Assembly (NCBI GenBank): GCA_963767925.1
Contig: CAVYGB010000006.1
Span: 1 to 64,000, forward strand
Source: an uncultured delta proteobacterium
GTDB lineage: Bacteria; Myxococcota_A; Polyangia; Fen-1088
Direction: 5' to 3'
DNA: 64,000 nt
Below the pieces are notes generated by a model. That model ran no database searches, was not told the DNA's origin, and saw nothing but the letters and a program-made list of their open reading frames with translations. Both the position numbers and the translations under genes were made by a program. Each line of letters starts with the position of its first letter. The first letter of the stretch is position 1. Positions 9,790 through 25,451 of this stretch are shown piece by piece.

Positions 9790-11037
9790 AGGCAGAGGAC
9801 CTCGCTCTCGCGTTCGCTGAGCCCGTCCGGCAGCTCCCGCCTCAGCGCTGGAGGCCTGTGCCCCGCAGCCTCGAGCACCGCACGCGCCGCCTCGCGATCG
9901 ATTCGCCCGCTGCGCGCCTCCTCACCGAGCAGCCGCGCGGCCTCCGCCCGGGTTCGCGCGGGACGGTACGCGCGCTCCTAGTTCATGGCCACGTAGGCGT
10001 CGCAAGCCGCCAGCAACCGGGCGAGCCGGCCGACTCCCGCGCCTGGCAACCGTCGGTGATAGCCGCTGCCATCCATCCGCTCGTGCGCGCAGCCCGCCAC
10101 GTCGACCAGCGGGCGCAAGATTGCCGCCCTCCCCAGCACCCGTTCGGTCTCGGCGCTGTGCGACCGTACCCTGTCCCACTCGGCGGCGTTGAGCGGTCCG
10201 GGCTTGTCCCAGATGCCGTTTGCCACTGCCACGCGTCCCAGGTCGTGGACCAGGGCCGCCGTGGTCAACAGGCTCCTTTCGGCCTCCGACAGGCCTGCCA
10301 CCGCCGACACAGCGGCGGCGAGAGCGGCCAAGCCCGTCGAGTGCCCGAGCGTGTAGACGGACTTGAGGTCCGCGAACTGAGCGAAGGCCAGCGCCAGAAC
10401 GGACAGGTCCGCGACGCGAATCCGGCATTGGGGCGCCGGCTCCTCCGAAGTGAAGGTGTCCCGGAGGGAGGGCGCGCCCAGCCCGTGCAGCAACTCGGGC
10501 GCCTCGGCGACGAATCGGGAGGCCAGAGCTGGCTCACCTCTCGTACATTTGATCGAGCGCGCGGGTCACGCCAGCCGTCATTCCCAGGCGCGCCGCGAGC
10601 TTCACGGCTGTCGAGCAGTGGGCGCGCGACACCTTGTCTCCCCCGCGCGGGTCTCCCAGAAAGCGCGCCACCGCCGTCGCCCGCTCGACCAGACCGCGAC
10701 CCCGGGATAGCCCCACCAGCGTCCGTCCCACCATGCGCACGGGATTGCCGAGGTCCACGTCGGCGAAGGTAGCCAGAAATCCGATGTCGTCGCCTCCGTT
10801 GATCATCGCCTCTTCGTGGGCGTAGCCCACGCAACCGAGGAACCTCGTCGCCCCCGCATAGTAAGCATCGGCGAGCGGCTGTCCCGAGAGACCGGCGGCG
10901 CGGGCCAGCCGAACCGCGAGGATGGCCGTGCGGATGGCGGTCTCCGCGGGAAAGCCCGCCGACGCGTCGGTGGCCAGCGAAAGTGCGCCTACCAGCTCCG
11001 CGGTCCGTGACTCGACCGCTCCGGTCTCCCGATTCAT
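9790..11037 (-). pseudogene. HD-domain (HD-GYP-like)/LuxR regulator, N-terminal part, frameshifted and IS-disrupted
   Basis: AELVGALSLATD, MYER[W]; HDLGRV..WDKPGPL..HERMDGSGYH. Paralog of 19186-20712. Pieces lie in several frames. Confidence 0.85.
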
Positions 11038-11682
11038 GCCCTGGCTGTCACCTCCGCCGGGAGGGTATCACCGGCGGCGGGCGTCCGCTCGCTTCGCCTC
11101 CGGGCGCTCCGTCTAGATCGGGGCTCGGAGCGAACCCCGAGAGCCAGCGCCTTCGATGGGCCGGCTCCAGTAGCTCGAGGTTAACAGGCGCGTGCGGGCC
11201 ACGGGAGTGACGCTTGAGCTTGCCCCGGTCATCAACCGGATCTATGGGGGGACGTTGCCTGAGGTACGGCCGGCTCTCTTCCCCGGACTCGTCCTTCACC
11301 CAGAGGCAGCCGGGAGCCTGCTTGCGAAGCAGCTCCTGCCGCAACCGCGCGATGGGGCGCCTGCAGAGCTGTCCGCAAGCCTGCACGTCGGTCCCCGGAG
11401 CCCAGGCGTGCACCGTCCTACCCGTCCTCGGACACGACGCCCCCCGCCATCGTGCTAATCGGCCGAAAGCGCACCGGCATGGAGGCGGGCGCAGGGCCGG
11501 CCCCTGATGACCGGGTGCCCACGACGCCTCCTCATGATTGCAGCTCCGCCGACCCCCTGGTCTCGGACGCCTGGGCGGAGGTCGGTTCGCGCCGGGAACG
11601 GAAAGGTCGGGCTGTTCCCTCCCTGCTCGGAATGCCGTCGCGAGGGACCGGCGCGCCGGCCACGATTCCCGTGTGGCGAAGC

Positions 11683-12237
11683 TCAGCGGGCGCTGACCCG
11701 CACGAAGATGTTATCGATCGGAGCCTGGCCGTGGCAACCAGCGCACACAGGAACGGCGACGCCATCCGCAGCCGTGCTGCCGCGGAGGCGTTCATACCAG
11801 TACCAGGTGATGGGATCGCTGCCGGGCGCCACTTTCAGCCCCACCGCCAAACCGATTGGGTTTTCCTGGGCGTCGAAGAGCTCCTTCACGGTCGCGGCGC
11901 CAGGGGGATAGGGTCCGGTGGTCGCCCCGCTCAGCAGCTCGTTCGAGCAGACCCGGTTCCGTCCATGAGCGCCCTTCGGCCTGGCGTCCATGACGCCAGG
12001 CTCGCAGCGCCAGGCCCGGTAGTGACCAGCGTCGAGCCAAGGATCCAGGGCAGCTCGACCACGCGGCGGCGTTTGCGTTGGGTCGCGCTGGCGGCCACCA
12101 TCAAGCGCGCCGCCGTCGGGTGAATGGTCAGGAGGCCGGAAGTCCCCAGTCTCGCCGCGGCACCCGCCCAGGAACGTGACGGCAGCGAAGAGCGAAGCGA
12201 AGACGATCCTTCGCACGAATGGGGTTGCGACGTCCAT
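11683..12237 (-). CDS. Lipoprotein with cytochrome P460/c'-beta-like C-terminal heme motif
   Basis: Lipobox FLGGC, YPPGAATVKEL, WYWYE, C-terminal CAGCH. Confidence 0.65.
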   Translation of the reverse strand: MDVATPFVRRIVFASLFAAVTFLGGCRGETGDFRPPDHSPDGGALDGGRQRDPTQTPPRGRAALDPWLDAGHYRAWRCEPGVMDARPKGAHGRNRVCSNELLSGATTGPYPPGAATVKELFDAQENPIGLAVGLKVAPGSDPITWYWYERLRGSTAADGVAVPVCAGCHGQAPIDNIFVRVSAR

Positions 12238-12402
12238 CTGCGCTTCGCTCCCTCCGGCCAGGTCGTTTCTTGTTTTTCTCGCGGGCGGACCGGAACCCGG
12301 ATAAGTCAGGTGGGATCCGGGATCGCGGCCAGAATTCGCTCGACCCCTTTGTGTCGCGAACGCCACCCGGCTGCGCCTACATCGGAAACGAGACACCAGC
12401 GC

Positions 12403-17732
<5,330 letters not shown>

Positions 17733-17736
<4 letters not shown>

Positions 17737-18764
17737 TGAGGCGACGCGAAGAGAGCGCTCTCCTCGAGAGAGGCGATCTCCACGCGATCCCTTCCAGAGG
17801 CTTTCGCTCGGTAGAGCGCCCGGTCGGCCGCCCGCGCCAGGGCCAAGACGGCATCGCTGCTCGCGATTCCCGGCCGCTGGAGCTCGCCCCGGGAGGTGCG
17901 CCCTGGGTTCGCGCCGGTCGAGACCAGCCCCATACTCACAGTCACGGTCCGCCCGACCGGCGAGGCGCCGTGGTGGATGGCCGCCCGGGCCAACCCGTCC
18001 CGGAGCACGTTGGCCACCACCAGGGCTCCTTCGAGGGTGGTCTCCGGTAGCACCATCGCGAACTCTTCGCCGCCGTATCGACCAACCAGATCACCCGCCC
18101 GACGGGCGGCGCTGCGTAGCACCTCGGCGACCTTCTTCAGACACTCATCCCCCGCAGGGTGCCCGTGGGCGTCGTTGAATTGCTTGAAATGATCGATGTC
18201 CAGCAAGACCAGCGACAGTGGCTTGCTCGACCGAACCGCCCGGTGCCATTCGCGCTCCAGCACCTCGTCCAGCGTGCGCCGATTGGACAGGCCAGTCAGC
18301 GCGTCGGTACTCGCCAGCCGCCGCAGCTGGGCCATCTGGCGCCTCAGCTCGAGGTGAAGCTTGACCCGCAGCTGGACGCTCAGCGGGCTTATCGGTTTGG
18401 CGATGAAGTCGGCGGCGCCCATCTCGAGCGCGCGCGTCTCGAATTCGAGGTCGCCGTGCGCCGTCACGAAGATCACCGGGATCTCGCTGAGAAGCTCGTC
18501 TGCCTTCAGTTCCGCACAGACCTCGAATCCCGACTGATTTGGCATCTCGCCATCGAGCAGCACGATGTCAGGTGGGCGGCCTCGCGCGAGCCGCAGGGCG
18601 TCCTTGCCATTCGTGGCGAAGCGAACGTCGGGGTAGGGGAGAGCTGCGCGCAGCACGCGAATGGAGACGGGATCGTCGTCGACGATCAGCAAGCTATTGG
18701 CTTCCTGCCCCGCGCCAGGCTGGCCCGTCAACGAGGGCTGGGGGTCGACGGGGCTGCGCGGCAT
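17733..18764 (-). CDS. Response-regulator diguanylate cyclase (REC-GGDEF)
   Basis: LIVDDD..LLDGEMP, DALTGLSNRR, DIDHFK, RAGD I-site, GGEEF. Stop overlaps the kinase start. Confidence 0.95.
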
Positions 18765-19185
18765 TCCATCTCAGGTTATCGGCCGGTCGAGGGGGAACTT
18801 GCGGCCACAGGAAGCGCTGCCTTCGGCCGGCCACACTCCGCCCGGCCGAGCCAATCGATGGTCGGGGACCACTTTCTCTCGGTCTACAGTGCCGAGACCA
18901 TTGCCCAGGCCACACGGGTCAAACAATCGTCAGCAACGCCGCAGTCGGCCCCCGGCCCTCCTGGCTCGGATCGGTCAGGACGGCGACCCAGGCCTCGGGC
19001 GTATGGCGTCATCGCAGCCTGTGCCATGAACCTGCGAACGCGTTGCGGCCATGGCTGACCGGCTGCGCGATGATCTCTCAATACGGCTCGCACGCACCTT
19101 TCGCCTCGGGCCCACGCCGACCGTCCGGTCAGGTCCGGCCGCCGCGGCCCGCGCGGCGCGACAGCCCTCCTGATAGGATGGGCCC

Positions 19186-20712
19186 ATGCGGCTCGCGGAG
19201 CTCATGGGGACGCTCTCCCTGGCGGTCGACGCCGGCACCGGCTTGCCCGACTGCCACGCTCTGCGCGGTGCCACGCTGGCCGTGGGGTTGGCCCGCGAGG
19301 TGGGCGCCGACGACCGAACCGTCCAGGACGCCTTTTACCTCCCGCTCCTGGCGATGTCGGGGTGCACGGCCGAGTCGCACGCGTCGGCGGGCATGCTGGG
19401 CGACGAGGTGGCCATCGGGACGGAGTCCTATGGACTCGATTGGGGAAACCCGAGCGAGATGTTCCCCGTCATGCTGCGCGTCCTGCGACGCGGTCACGGG
19501 CCGCTCGGGGGCCTGGCCGCCATCGCGCGCGGCCTGAGCAAGGCCTCGCTGGCGGCCGAGGTCGGGCGCGCCCATTGCGAGGTGGCCACGCATCTGGCGG
19601 AGCGTTTCGGCTTCGACGAGGCCTTTCGGGCGGCGCTGTACCAGGCGTTCGAGCGCTGGGACGGCACCGGAAAGCCGATGCGAACGAAAGGCGAAGCCAT
19701 CGCGTTCGGCATGCGCATCGCCCTCGTGGCGATCGACGCCAACATCGGCCATCGCCTGAGCGGCGTCGACGGCGCGATCGCGCTCACGCGCAAGCACGCC
19801 AAGCGGGGGCTCGATCCAACGCTCGTAGAACGATTCACGCGCGCCGCCGCCCGCCTGTGCGCGCCACTCGAGGCGCCATCGCCCTGGACGACGGCGCTGG
19901 CAGCCGAGCCCGAGCCCTGGCGCATGGTGGACGACGAGGGCATCGACGAATGCCTGCGCGCGGTTGCTCATTTTGCCGATATCAAGTGTCGGTTCACGCG
20001 CACGCACTCGACCGGTGTGTCGCAGCTGGCGAGCGAGGCGGCCCGGCGCCTCGGCCTCGGCGGCGCGCTCGAACGGGTGCTCGCGCGCGCCGGCCTGGTC
20101 CACGACGTCGGGCGCGTCGCCACCACGGCTGCGATCTGGGACAAGACCGGACCGTTGACCGACACCGAGCGCGAACGAATTCGCCTGCATTCCTACGTCG
20201 GCGAGCGGGTCCTGGCCCGCGCGCCTGCGCTCGCGCCGGTGGCGGAGGTGGCGACCCTGGCGCACGAACGCCTCGACGGCGCGGGCTATCACCGCCGGCT
20301 CCCAGCGGCCGCCTGCAACACGGCGGCTCGGGTGCTGGCGGCAGCTGACGTCTTCCAGGCAATGCGTGAAGCGCGTCCACACCGAGCGGCGCTCGATGCA
20401 GATCGCGCGGCCACGGAGCTCGGGGCGATGGCCAAACGGGGCCAGCTGTGTCCCGAGGCGGTCGCGGCGGTGCTGGGCGCGGCCGGGCACGCGGTCCGCC
20501 CGGCAGAGCGCCCGCACGGACTCACCGACCGTGAGCTCGAGGTGCTGCGGCTGCTCGCTCGCGGCCTGACCAACAAGGAGATCGCGTCCGCGCTCGACAT
20601 CTCGACCAAGACGGCCGGGCATCACGTGCAGCACGTGCTCGAGAAGCTCGCGGTCACGACGCGCGCCGCGGCCACGATGATCGCCATGAAGGCAGGCATC
20701 GCCCAGGCCTAG
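19186..20712 (+). CDS. HD-domain (HD-GYP-like) protein with C-terminal LuxR HTH
   Basis: FERWDGTG, HDVGRV, HERLDGAGYH, LTDRELEVLRLLARGLTNKEIA. Confidence 0.92.
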   Translation: MRLAELMGTLSLAVDAGTGLPDCHALRGATLAVGLAREVGADDRTVQDAFYLPLLAMSGCTAESHASAGMLGDEVAIGTESYGLDWGNPSEMFPVMLRVLRRGHGPLGGLAAIARGLSKASLAAEVGRAHCEVATHLAERFGFDEAFRAALYQAFERWDGTGKPMRTKGEAIAFGMRIALVAIDANIGHRLSGVDGAIALTRKHAKRGLDPTLVERFTRAAARLCAPLEAPSPWTTALAAEPEPWRMVDDEGIDECLRAVAHFADIKCRFTRTHSTGVSQLASEAARRLGLGGALERVLARAGLVHDVGRVATTAAIWDKTGPLTDTERERIRLHSYVGERVLARAPALAPVAEVATLAHERLDGAGYHRRLPAAACNTAARVLAAADVFQAMREARPHRAALDADRAATELGAMAKRGQLCPEAVAAVLGAAGHAVRPAERPHGLTDRELEVLRLLARGLTNKEIASALDISTKTAGHHVQHVLEKLAVTTRAAATMIAMKAGIAQA

Positions 20713-20724
20713 GACGGCTGGGCG

Positions 20725-20740
20725 TAGGGCATTCGCCCTA
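20725..20740. promoter_or_regulatory. Palindrome TAGGGC-N4-GCCCTA, candidate LuxR-type operator
   Basis: Perfect 6-bp IR between the HD-LuxR stop and the ester cyclase start. Confidence 0.5.
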
Positions 20741-20795
20741 TGGCTGCACGCGCTGCGATCCCGGAGAGTTGGTCTCACCGACCCCGGAGGAAACC

Positions 20796-21196
20796 ATGAC
20801 GCAGCAAAAAGCTAATTTCGACCTGGCCCAGGAGCTCTATCGCCTCATCGACGCGGCGGACTTCGAGCGTGCCCTGACGCTCATCTCACCCCGTTGCCAG
20901 TCCTGCCTGGGGGGCAAGCCCCTCGACGTCGAGGCGTGGAAGGCCATGGGGCAGATGTTCATTACCGCTTTCCCGGACGGACGACACGTGTTCGACCTGA
21001 TGGAGGCGGCGGGCGACTACGTGCTTTCGCACGGTTACTTCACGGGCACGCACACCCAGGCTTCCAGGGCATTCCGCCGACCGGCAAGACCATCCGGTGC
21101 TCGATGACCATGATCGACAAGGTCGTGGACGGCAAGCTCGTCGAGCACTACGGCGACCTCGACTCCGCCGGGCTCATGCACCAGCTGACGACATGA
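20796..21196 (+). CDS. SnoaL-like ester cyclase (frameshift near 21060)
   Basis: AFPDGRH..FTGTHT|FQGIPPTGK..DGKLVEH across two frames. Confidence 0.8.
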
Positions 21197-21204
21197 GGGA
21201 CGCC

Positions 21205-22089
21205 ATGGCCATCGACCTTTCGTTGGAGCGCCCGGGCATCGCCGCCGAGGTCGCCGACGGCTTCTGGATCATCGCGACCGAGCACCATCCCGGCGGCTCT
21301 CGCAAGTTCCCGATGATCAACAACCGCTGTCTCGTGTTTCGCGTGGTCGAGGGCGGCGAGCCCAGGCTCCTCGTCATCAACGGCGTCGATGCCGCCGCCA
21401 TCGCCGAGGTGAGGCGGATCGAGCAGCAGACCGGGCTGGTCGTGCGGTACGTGCTCTCGCCAGGCGGCGGGCATCACGTCCTGCTACCGCCCTGGGTGCA
21501 CGCTTTCCCCCAGGCGTCCGTGCTGGTGGGGCCCGCGCGCATCCCACGCACGGCCAGCGGCAAGAAGCTGCTGGCGATGCCCCGGGTCCAGACCTTCGAC
21601 GCGGACGCCGTGCTGCCCCAGCTTCGTGGACAGCTCGAGTTCATCTCGTTCCGCGGGCTCTTCGGAGCCCCCGATCACAAGTCGCCGGGAGAGGGCGGCC
21701 GCGACGGCGTCCTCATGATGGTGAACCTGATGGTGGCGATGCTTTTCCGGATGAAGGATCCGGTTGACGAGCTGTGGACCTTCCACGTCCCCTCGCGCAC
21801 CCTCATCGGGGGCGAGAATCTGGGCTGGATGTATCCCAAGGCCCAGCACGCCCGGCTCCCCGGGCTCATGAAGGGCATGGTCGTCCCCGACGCGGTCTAC
21901 CTCTTCAAGGACGCGCGCAAGGTCGCCGACGCTGAGGTCGTCGACGCCTGCTGGCGCGAGATCTTGAAGTGGCCGGCCCAGACGGTCTTGACGTACCACG
22001 ATCCCGCGGGTCACGGTTTCGTCGGTGACGGCCGGGCCGCCCTCCTGGCGGCGGTGCGGAGCCAGGGCCAGCTCCGCCCACCGTCGTGA
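21205..22089 (+). CDS. Hypothetical protein, metallo-beta-lactamase-fold/DUF4336-like
   Basis: NNRCLVFR..LLVIN..VRYVLSPGGGHH..W..TYH pattern. Confidence 0.55.
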   Translation: MAIDLSLERPGIAAEVADGFWIIATEHHPGGSRKFPMINNRCLVFRVVEGGEPRLLVINGVDAAAIAEVRRIEQQTGLVVRYVLSPGGGHHVLLPPWVHAFPQASVLVGPARIPRTASGKKLLAMPRVQTFDADAVLPQLRGQLEFISFRGLFGAPDHKSPGEGGRDGVLMMVNLMVAMLFRMKDPVDELWTFHVPSRTLIGGENLGWMYPKAQHARLPGLMKGMVVPDAVYLFKDARKVADAEVVDACWREILKWPAQTVLTYHDPAGHGFVGDGRAALLAAVRSQGQLRPPS

Positions 22090-22942
22090 GCACCCGCGAT
22101 ACATCCACCTAGCACCGCGAGGCGGCCGGGAGCTCATCGCAGCGGCTCGCCTAGCTCGGGCAAGGCCCGCTCGCTCTTGGACCAGCGGCGGATGCCCTGC
22201 CGCTCACGGTCGTGCGGCAAGGTCAGCCTCGCCCACCGAGCTCGGGGCCGCCGCCGCCCGCCCCATGGCGGCTCCATGGATCTTTCTCCAGATCGGATCA
22301 ACCCAATTCGCCCCCGCAGCCCAGAAGAAAGTCTCATCGAAGACGCCAACGGGAAGTCGTCTTGACCGCAGCTTGCTGCATTCGCGCTGCTCGCTTGGAA
22401 CACTAGTGGTCACCCTCCATCCATGCTCGCGCCTGAGACTGCGACCAACGAGAAGTTGCGCCTCGTTCCAGATCCTTTTCGCGGCTGGCGACCGGTGGAG
22501 GTCCTCCTCCCCTGGCCGGCATAATGGCTACCCCGTCATCGACGCCCTCGAAGGTTTGCGTCCCAAGCTCGCGCAAGCCGTCGGAGCCTGGGCCGTACCG
22601 GGCCAGCGCCCCGGGTCAGTGGCATTCAGTGCAGCAGTCCTAATCCTTCCAGGCCTCGCGGCCCTCCTTACCTCAGTCGTTTTCCTGCCCCGAATTTGCT
22701 ACCGCCAATGTTTCCAAACCGTCCCGGCGGCCGCGCCGGACGCGCGCGGATTTCTCAATAGCGACGAGCAGTTCCATCGCTCGATGCAGGTCCCCGTTCC
22801 TCAGTGCGTTTTGAGCCACGCGCGCGAGCCTTGCTACTTTGCTACCGGTAGCCTCGGCGAGCCTCTGCGAGACTGTTTCCGATATGTCCGATGCCGTCGA
22901 GGACGGCCGATCCTCGCCGAGGCTCACCGAGCCTGGACCGCC

Positions 22943-22964
22943 TTCGAATCCCGCTGGGGTCGCA
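22943..22964 (+). mobile_element. Displaced tRNA 3' fragment (T-loop to acceptor stem; tRNA-Glu-like), probable att site
   Basis: TTCGAATCCCGCTGGGGTCGC with no upstream tRNA body. TTGCTAC repeats at 22696, 22831 and 22839. AT-rich flank. Confidence 0.65.
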
Positions 22965-23128
22965 TCCTTCTTCCTAGTTTTCTAGGGCTTTCTGATTCGG
23001 CTCGCTGGTTTTTGTACCAGTTTTGCACGGCCCCGATTTTAGGGCCGCGATGAACTCCCGTTCTTCCCCGGGCCCGGGCGCGCGGCTTGGTCACCCGGGT
23101 CGTTGAGGTCGGCAAGATCGTCCGGCAG

Positions 23129-23437
23129 ATGTTTCCCCGAAGCGAGCGAAACGCCTTGCCGCCTGACCGGGGCAGCCGATCCGGGCTCGGCATCGTGACG
23201 ACGACGGGGGCTTGTCGGATCCTCGGCGTGTCGCGGGCGACGTTGCTGAAGTTCGAGGAGCTGGGCCGGCTACGTCCCCTGGAAAGGAGCGGTCGCGCGC
23301 AGCGCCGGTTCCTCCTCGCCGACGTGCAAGCCCTGGCGGCGAAGCGACGGGAGGAGCCGCCGCTGGTCGATCCGGTCGGGGACTTGTGGAGGGGGGCCGG
23401 GGGGCCCGGTCAGCTCCCACGGCCAGCGCCTCGCTGA
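23129..23437 (+). CDS. MerR/excisionase-like HTH protein (start uncertain)
   Basis: TTTGACRILGVSRATLLKFEELGRLRP..GRAQRRFLLADV. Confidence 0.6.
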   Translation: MFPRSERNALPPDRGSRSGLGIVTTTGACRILGVSRATLLKFEELGRLRPLERSGRAQRRFLLADVQALAAKRREEPPLVDPVGDLWRGAGGPGQLPRPAPR

Positions 23438-23577
23438 GGGCCTCGGGCTCGTGCGTGAGCCCCTCGGCGGTGGGACGCCAGCCGTGCAACCGCCACGCGC
23501 CGTCAAGCACCGCGTGAACTGGAGTGGAGCCCCCGCCAGGGAGCCGGTCAGGCCGGGATGCCGAGTGGGGCCCGAGG

Positions 23578-24075
23578 TCAGCCGACCTTCGGGTGCGTGA
23601 AGGGAGGGGGACCGAGAATCTCGATCCCGCGAGGGTTCGCCTTCGCGGAAGCCTGGAGCCGAGCGATGTCGACCGTCTCGCAGGTGTCGTCGGTCGCTGA
23701 CTCGCTGGCTCCGCGGTAGAAGGCCTGGCTGGTTGCGGCGGGGGAGTGCAGGCTGAGCATCCGGGCGGTCTCGGACACGACGAGGAGGGCGTGGGGCACG
23801 CCTCTCGGTACGAATGACATGCCGCCGGCACCGACTCGCGTCTCCTTGCCGGCGACGTTGACGATGACCTCGCCCTCGAGGATGTACGCCATCTCATCGG
23901 CTTCGGGATGGCGATGGAGCGGGGTGGTCTTGCCCCGCACCATCACGTCTTCGAACAGGAAGAAGGCGCCGTCGGTATGCTCGGCCAGCAACTTCCAGGT
24001 GTGGAGGCCCCCTCCGAGGAAGGACTGCTTGTCGCCTTCGCCAGCGGCCAGGATGATCGGTGCTCGCGCGCTCAT
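23578..24075 (-). CDS. Cupin domain protein
   Basis: TPLHRHPEADEMAYILEGE..VPRGVPHA. Confidence 0.9.
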   Translation of the reverse strand: MSARAPIILAAGEGDKQSFLGGGLHTWKLLAEHTDGAFFLFEDVMVRGKTTPLHRHPEADEMAYILEGEVIVNVAGKETRVGAGGMSFVPRGVPHALLVVSETARMLSLHSPAATSQAFYRGASESATDDTCETVDIARLQASAKANPRGIEILGPPPFTHPKVG

Positions 24076-24095
24076 GAGATCCCCCTTTTCTTTCG

Positions 24096-24130
24096 TGGTA
24101 CTCCAGTCCCATAACGAAACTAAGGTACCA
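24096..24130. promoter_or_regulatory. Candidate TetR operators between divergent genes
   Basis: TGGTACT-CC-AGTCCCA (24096-24111) plus a degenerate copy CGAAACT-AA-GGTACCA (24115-24130). Confidence 0.5.
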
Positions 24131-24132
24131 TC

Positions 24133-24798
24133 ATGGGGATGTCAACCTCATACGAGCTGAAGGGCCGTACTGACCAGAAGCGTCGCACGCGTGACGTCCT
24201 CATCGCCGCGGCCCGCGAGCTCGTGGCCAAGGGCGAGTCGCCCACCGTCGAAGCGGCGGCCGCGGCGGCCTCGATTTCGCGCACCACGGCCTATCGATAC
24301 TTCCGGAGTCAACGGGCCTTGCTCTCAGCGGCTCACCCGGAGACGGCCGCGACAACCCTCCTGCCCGACGACGCGCCAGACGACGACGTGGCCACTCGAC
24401 TGGACCTGGTCGTCGATTCGTACACGCGAACGATTGTCGCGACCGAGACCCAGCAGCGCACGATGCTCCGCCTCTCGCTCGAGGCCGATCCCTCCGAACG
24501 CGCGCAGTTGCCGCTGCGGCAGGGCCGCGTGATCAAATGGGTCGAAGAGGCACTCGCCCCGCTTCGCCAGGAGATGGGCGAAGCCGAGGTGCATCGCCTC
24601 GCCATCGCGATCCGGAGCGCGACTGGAATCGAAGCGCTCGCCTGGCTGACGGATGTGGCTCGACTGTCTCGCCACGACGCCAGGGAGTTGATGCGCTGGT
24701 CGGCGCGCGCCCTGCTGCAATCAGCGATCGCCAACAACGGCACGGGAGGCGCTCCCCGTCCACAAGGAGGCGCCCGATCCAGGAGGCCGGCCCGCTGA
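24133..24798 (+). CDS. TetR/AcrR family regulator
   Basis: RTRDVLIAAA..PTVEAAAAAASISRTTAYRYF. Confidence 0.9.
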   Translation: MGMSTSYELKGRTDQKRRTRDVLIAAARELVAKGESPTVEAAAAAASISRTTAYRYFRSQRALLSAAHPETAATTLLPDDAPDDDVATRLDLVVDSYTRTIVATETQQRTMLRLSLEADPSERAQLPLRQGRVIKWVEEALAPLRQEMGEAEVHRLAIAIRSATGIEALAWLTDVARLSRHDARELMRWSARALLQSAIANNGTGGAPRPQGGARSRRPAR

Positions 24799-25451
24799 GG
24801 GTTGTAAATATCGCGTAGGCGGAGGAGGCCTGCCCGAAGGGGCGGGGGCGTCTGAGGGGCCGAGTTTACCGAATGGAGCCCAAGGGGATCGCGTTCACGG
24901 GTACCCACCTCGTGGTGACCGACCTGTGCGGGCCTTGCGCCTTACGGCGCGGCCGGGAGCCGGTCGACCCGCCTTCACCTTCTTCAACTTGGCCGACCGA
25001 GGCACCCTGTTACTGCCGGGACGGCCGCACACCTGATCACGGACGAGATCCGAGCCAGCGCTTCTTGCGGGCCTTCTTCGTTGCGACCAATGGTGAACCT
25101 GGCACCCATTCCGGCATCGAGCGCCGCATGGACCGTGGCTACCCCGCCCAGCGCTCGCGAGGTTTCGCGTTCTTTCGGGGAGATTCATCCATCGCTACTC
25201 TCGCCAGAGCACCCAGCCCGCAGGGCCCCGCTCCGTTCACTGCTGCCAGTGACCCGCTCGGCGGACCATTCCGTCCAGGACGGAGCCGCTCCTTACCGGT
25301 CTTCAGCTCTATGCAGATCGTTTGTACTTCTGTATTGGAGGGCGCCGCTCCTCTTCTTTCGATCCGGAACAGTCCTGATCGCACCCCGGGGACCTTCACC
25401 GGTCGTCGCCTCTATCAAGAGGTCGCATATTGGAGTCCCTCAGGAGGCAAC

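Noticed and set aside
22890..22970. Intact tRNA gene
   Set aside because: Only the T-loop and acceptor 3' strand are present. Upstream bases cannot form the T-stem, D-arm or anticodon arm.
22025..23053. 342-aa ORF
   Set aside because: No recognisable motif, atypical composition, and it spans the att-like region.
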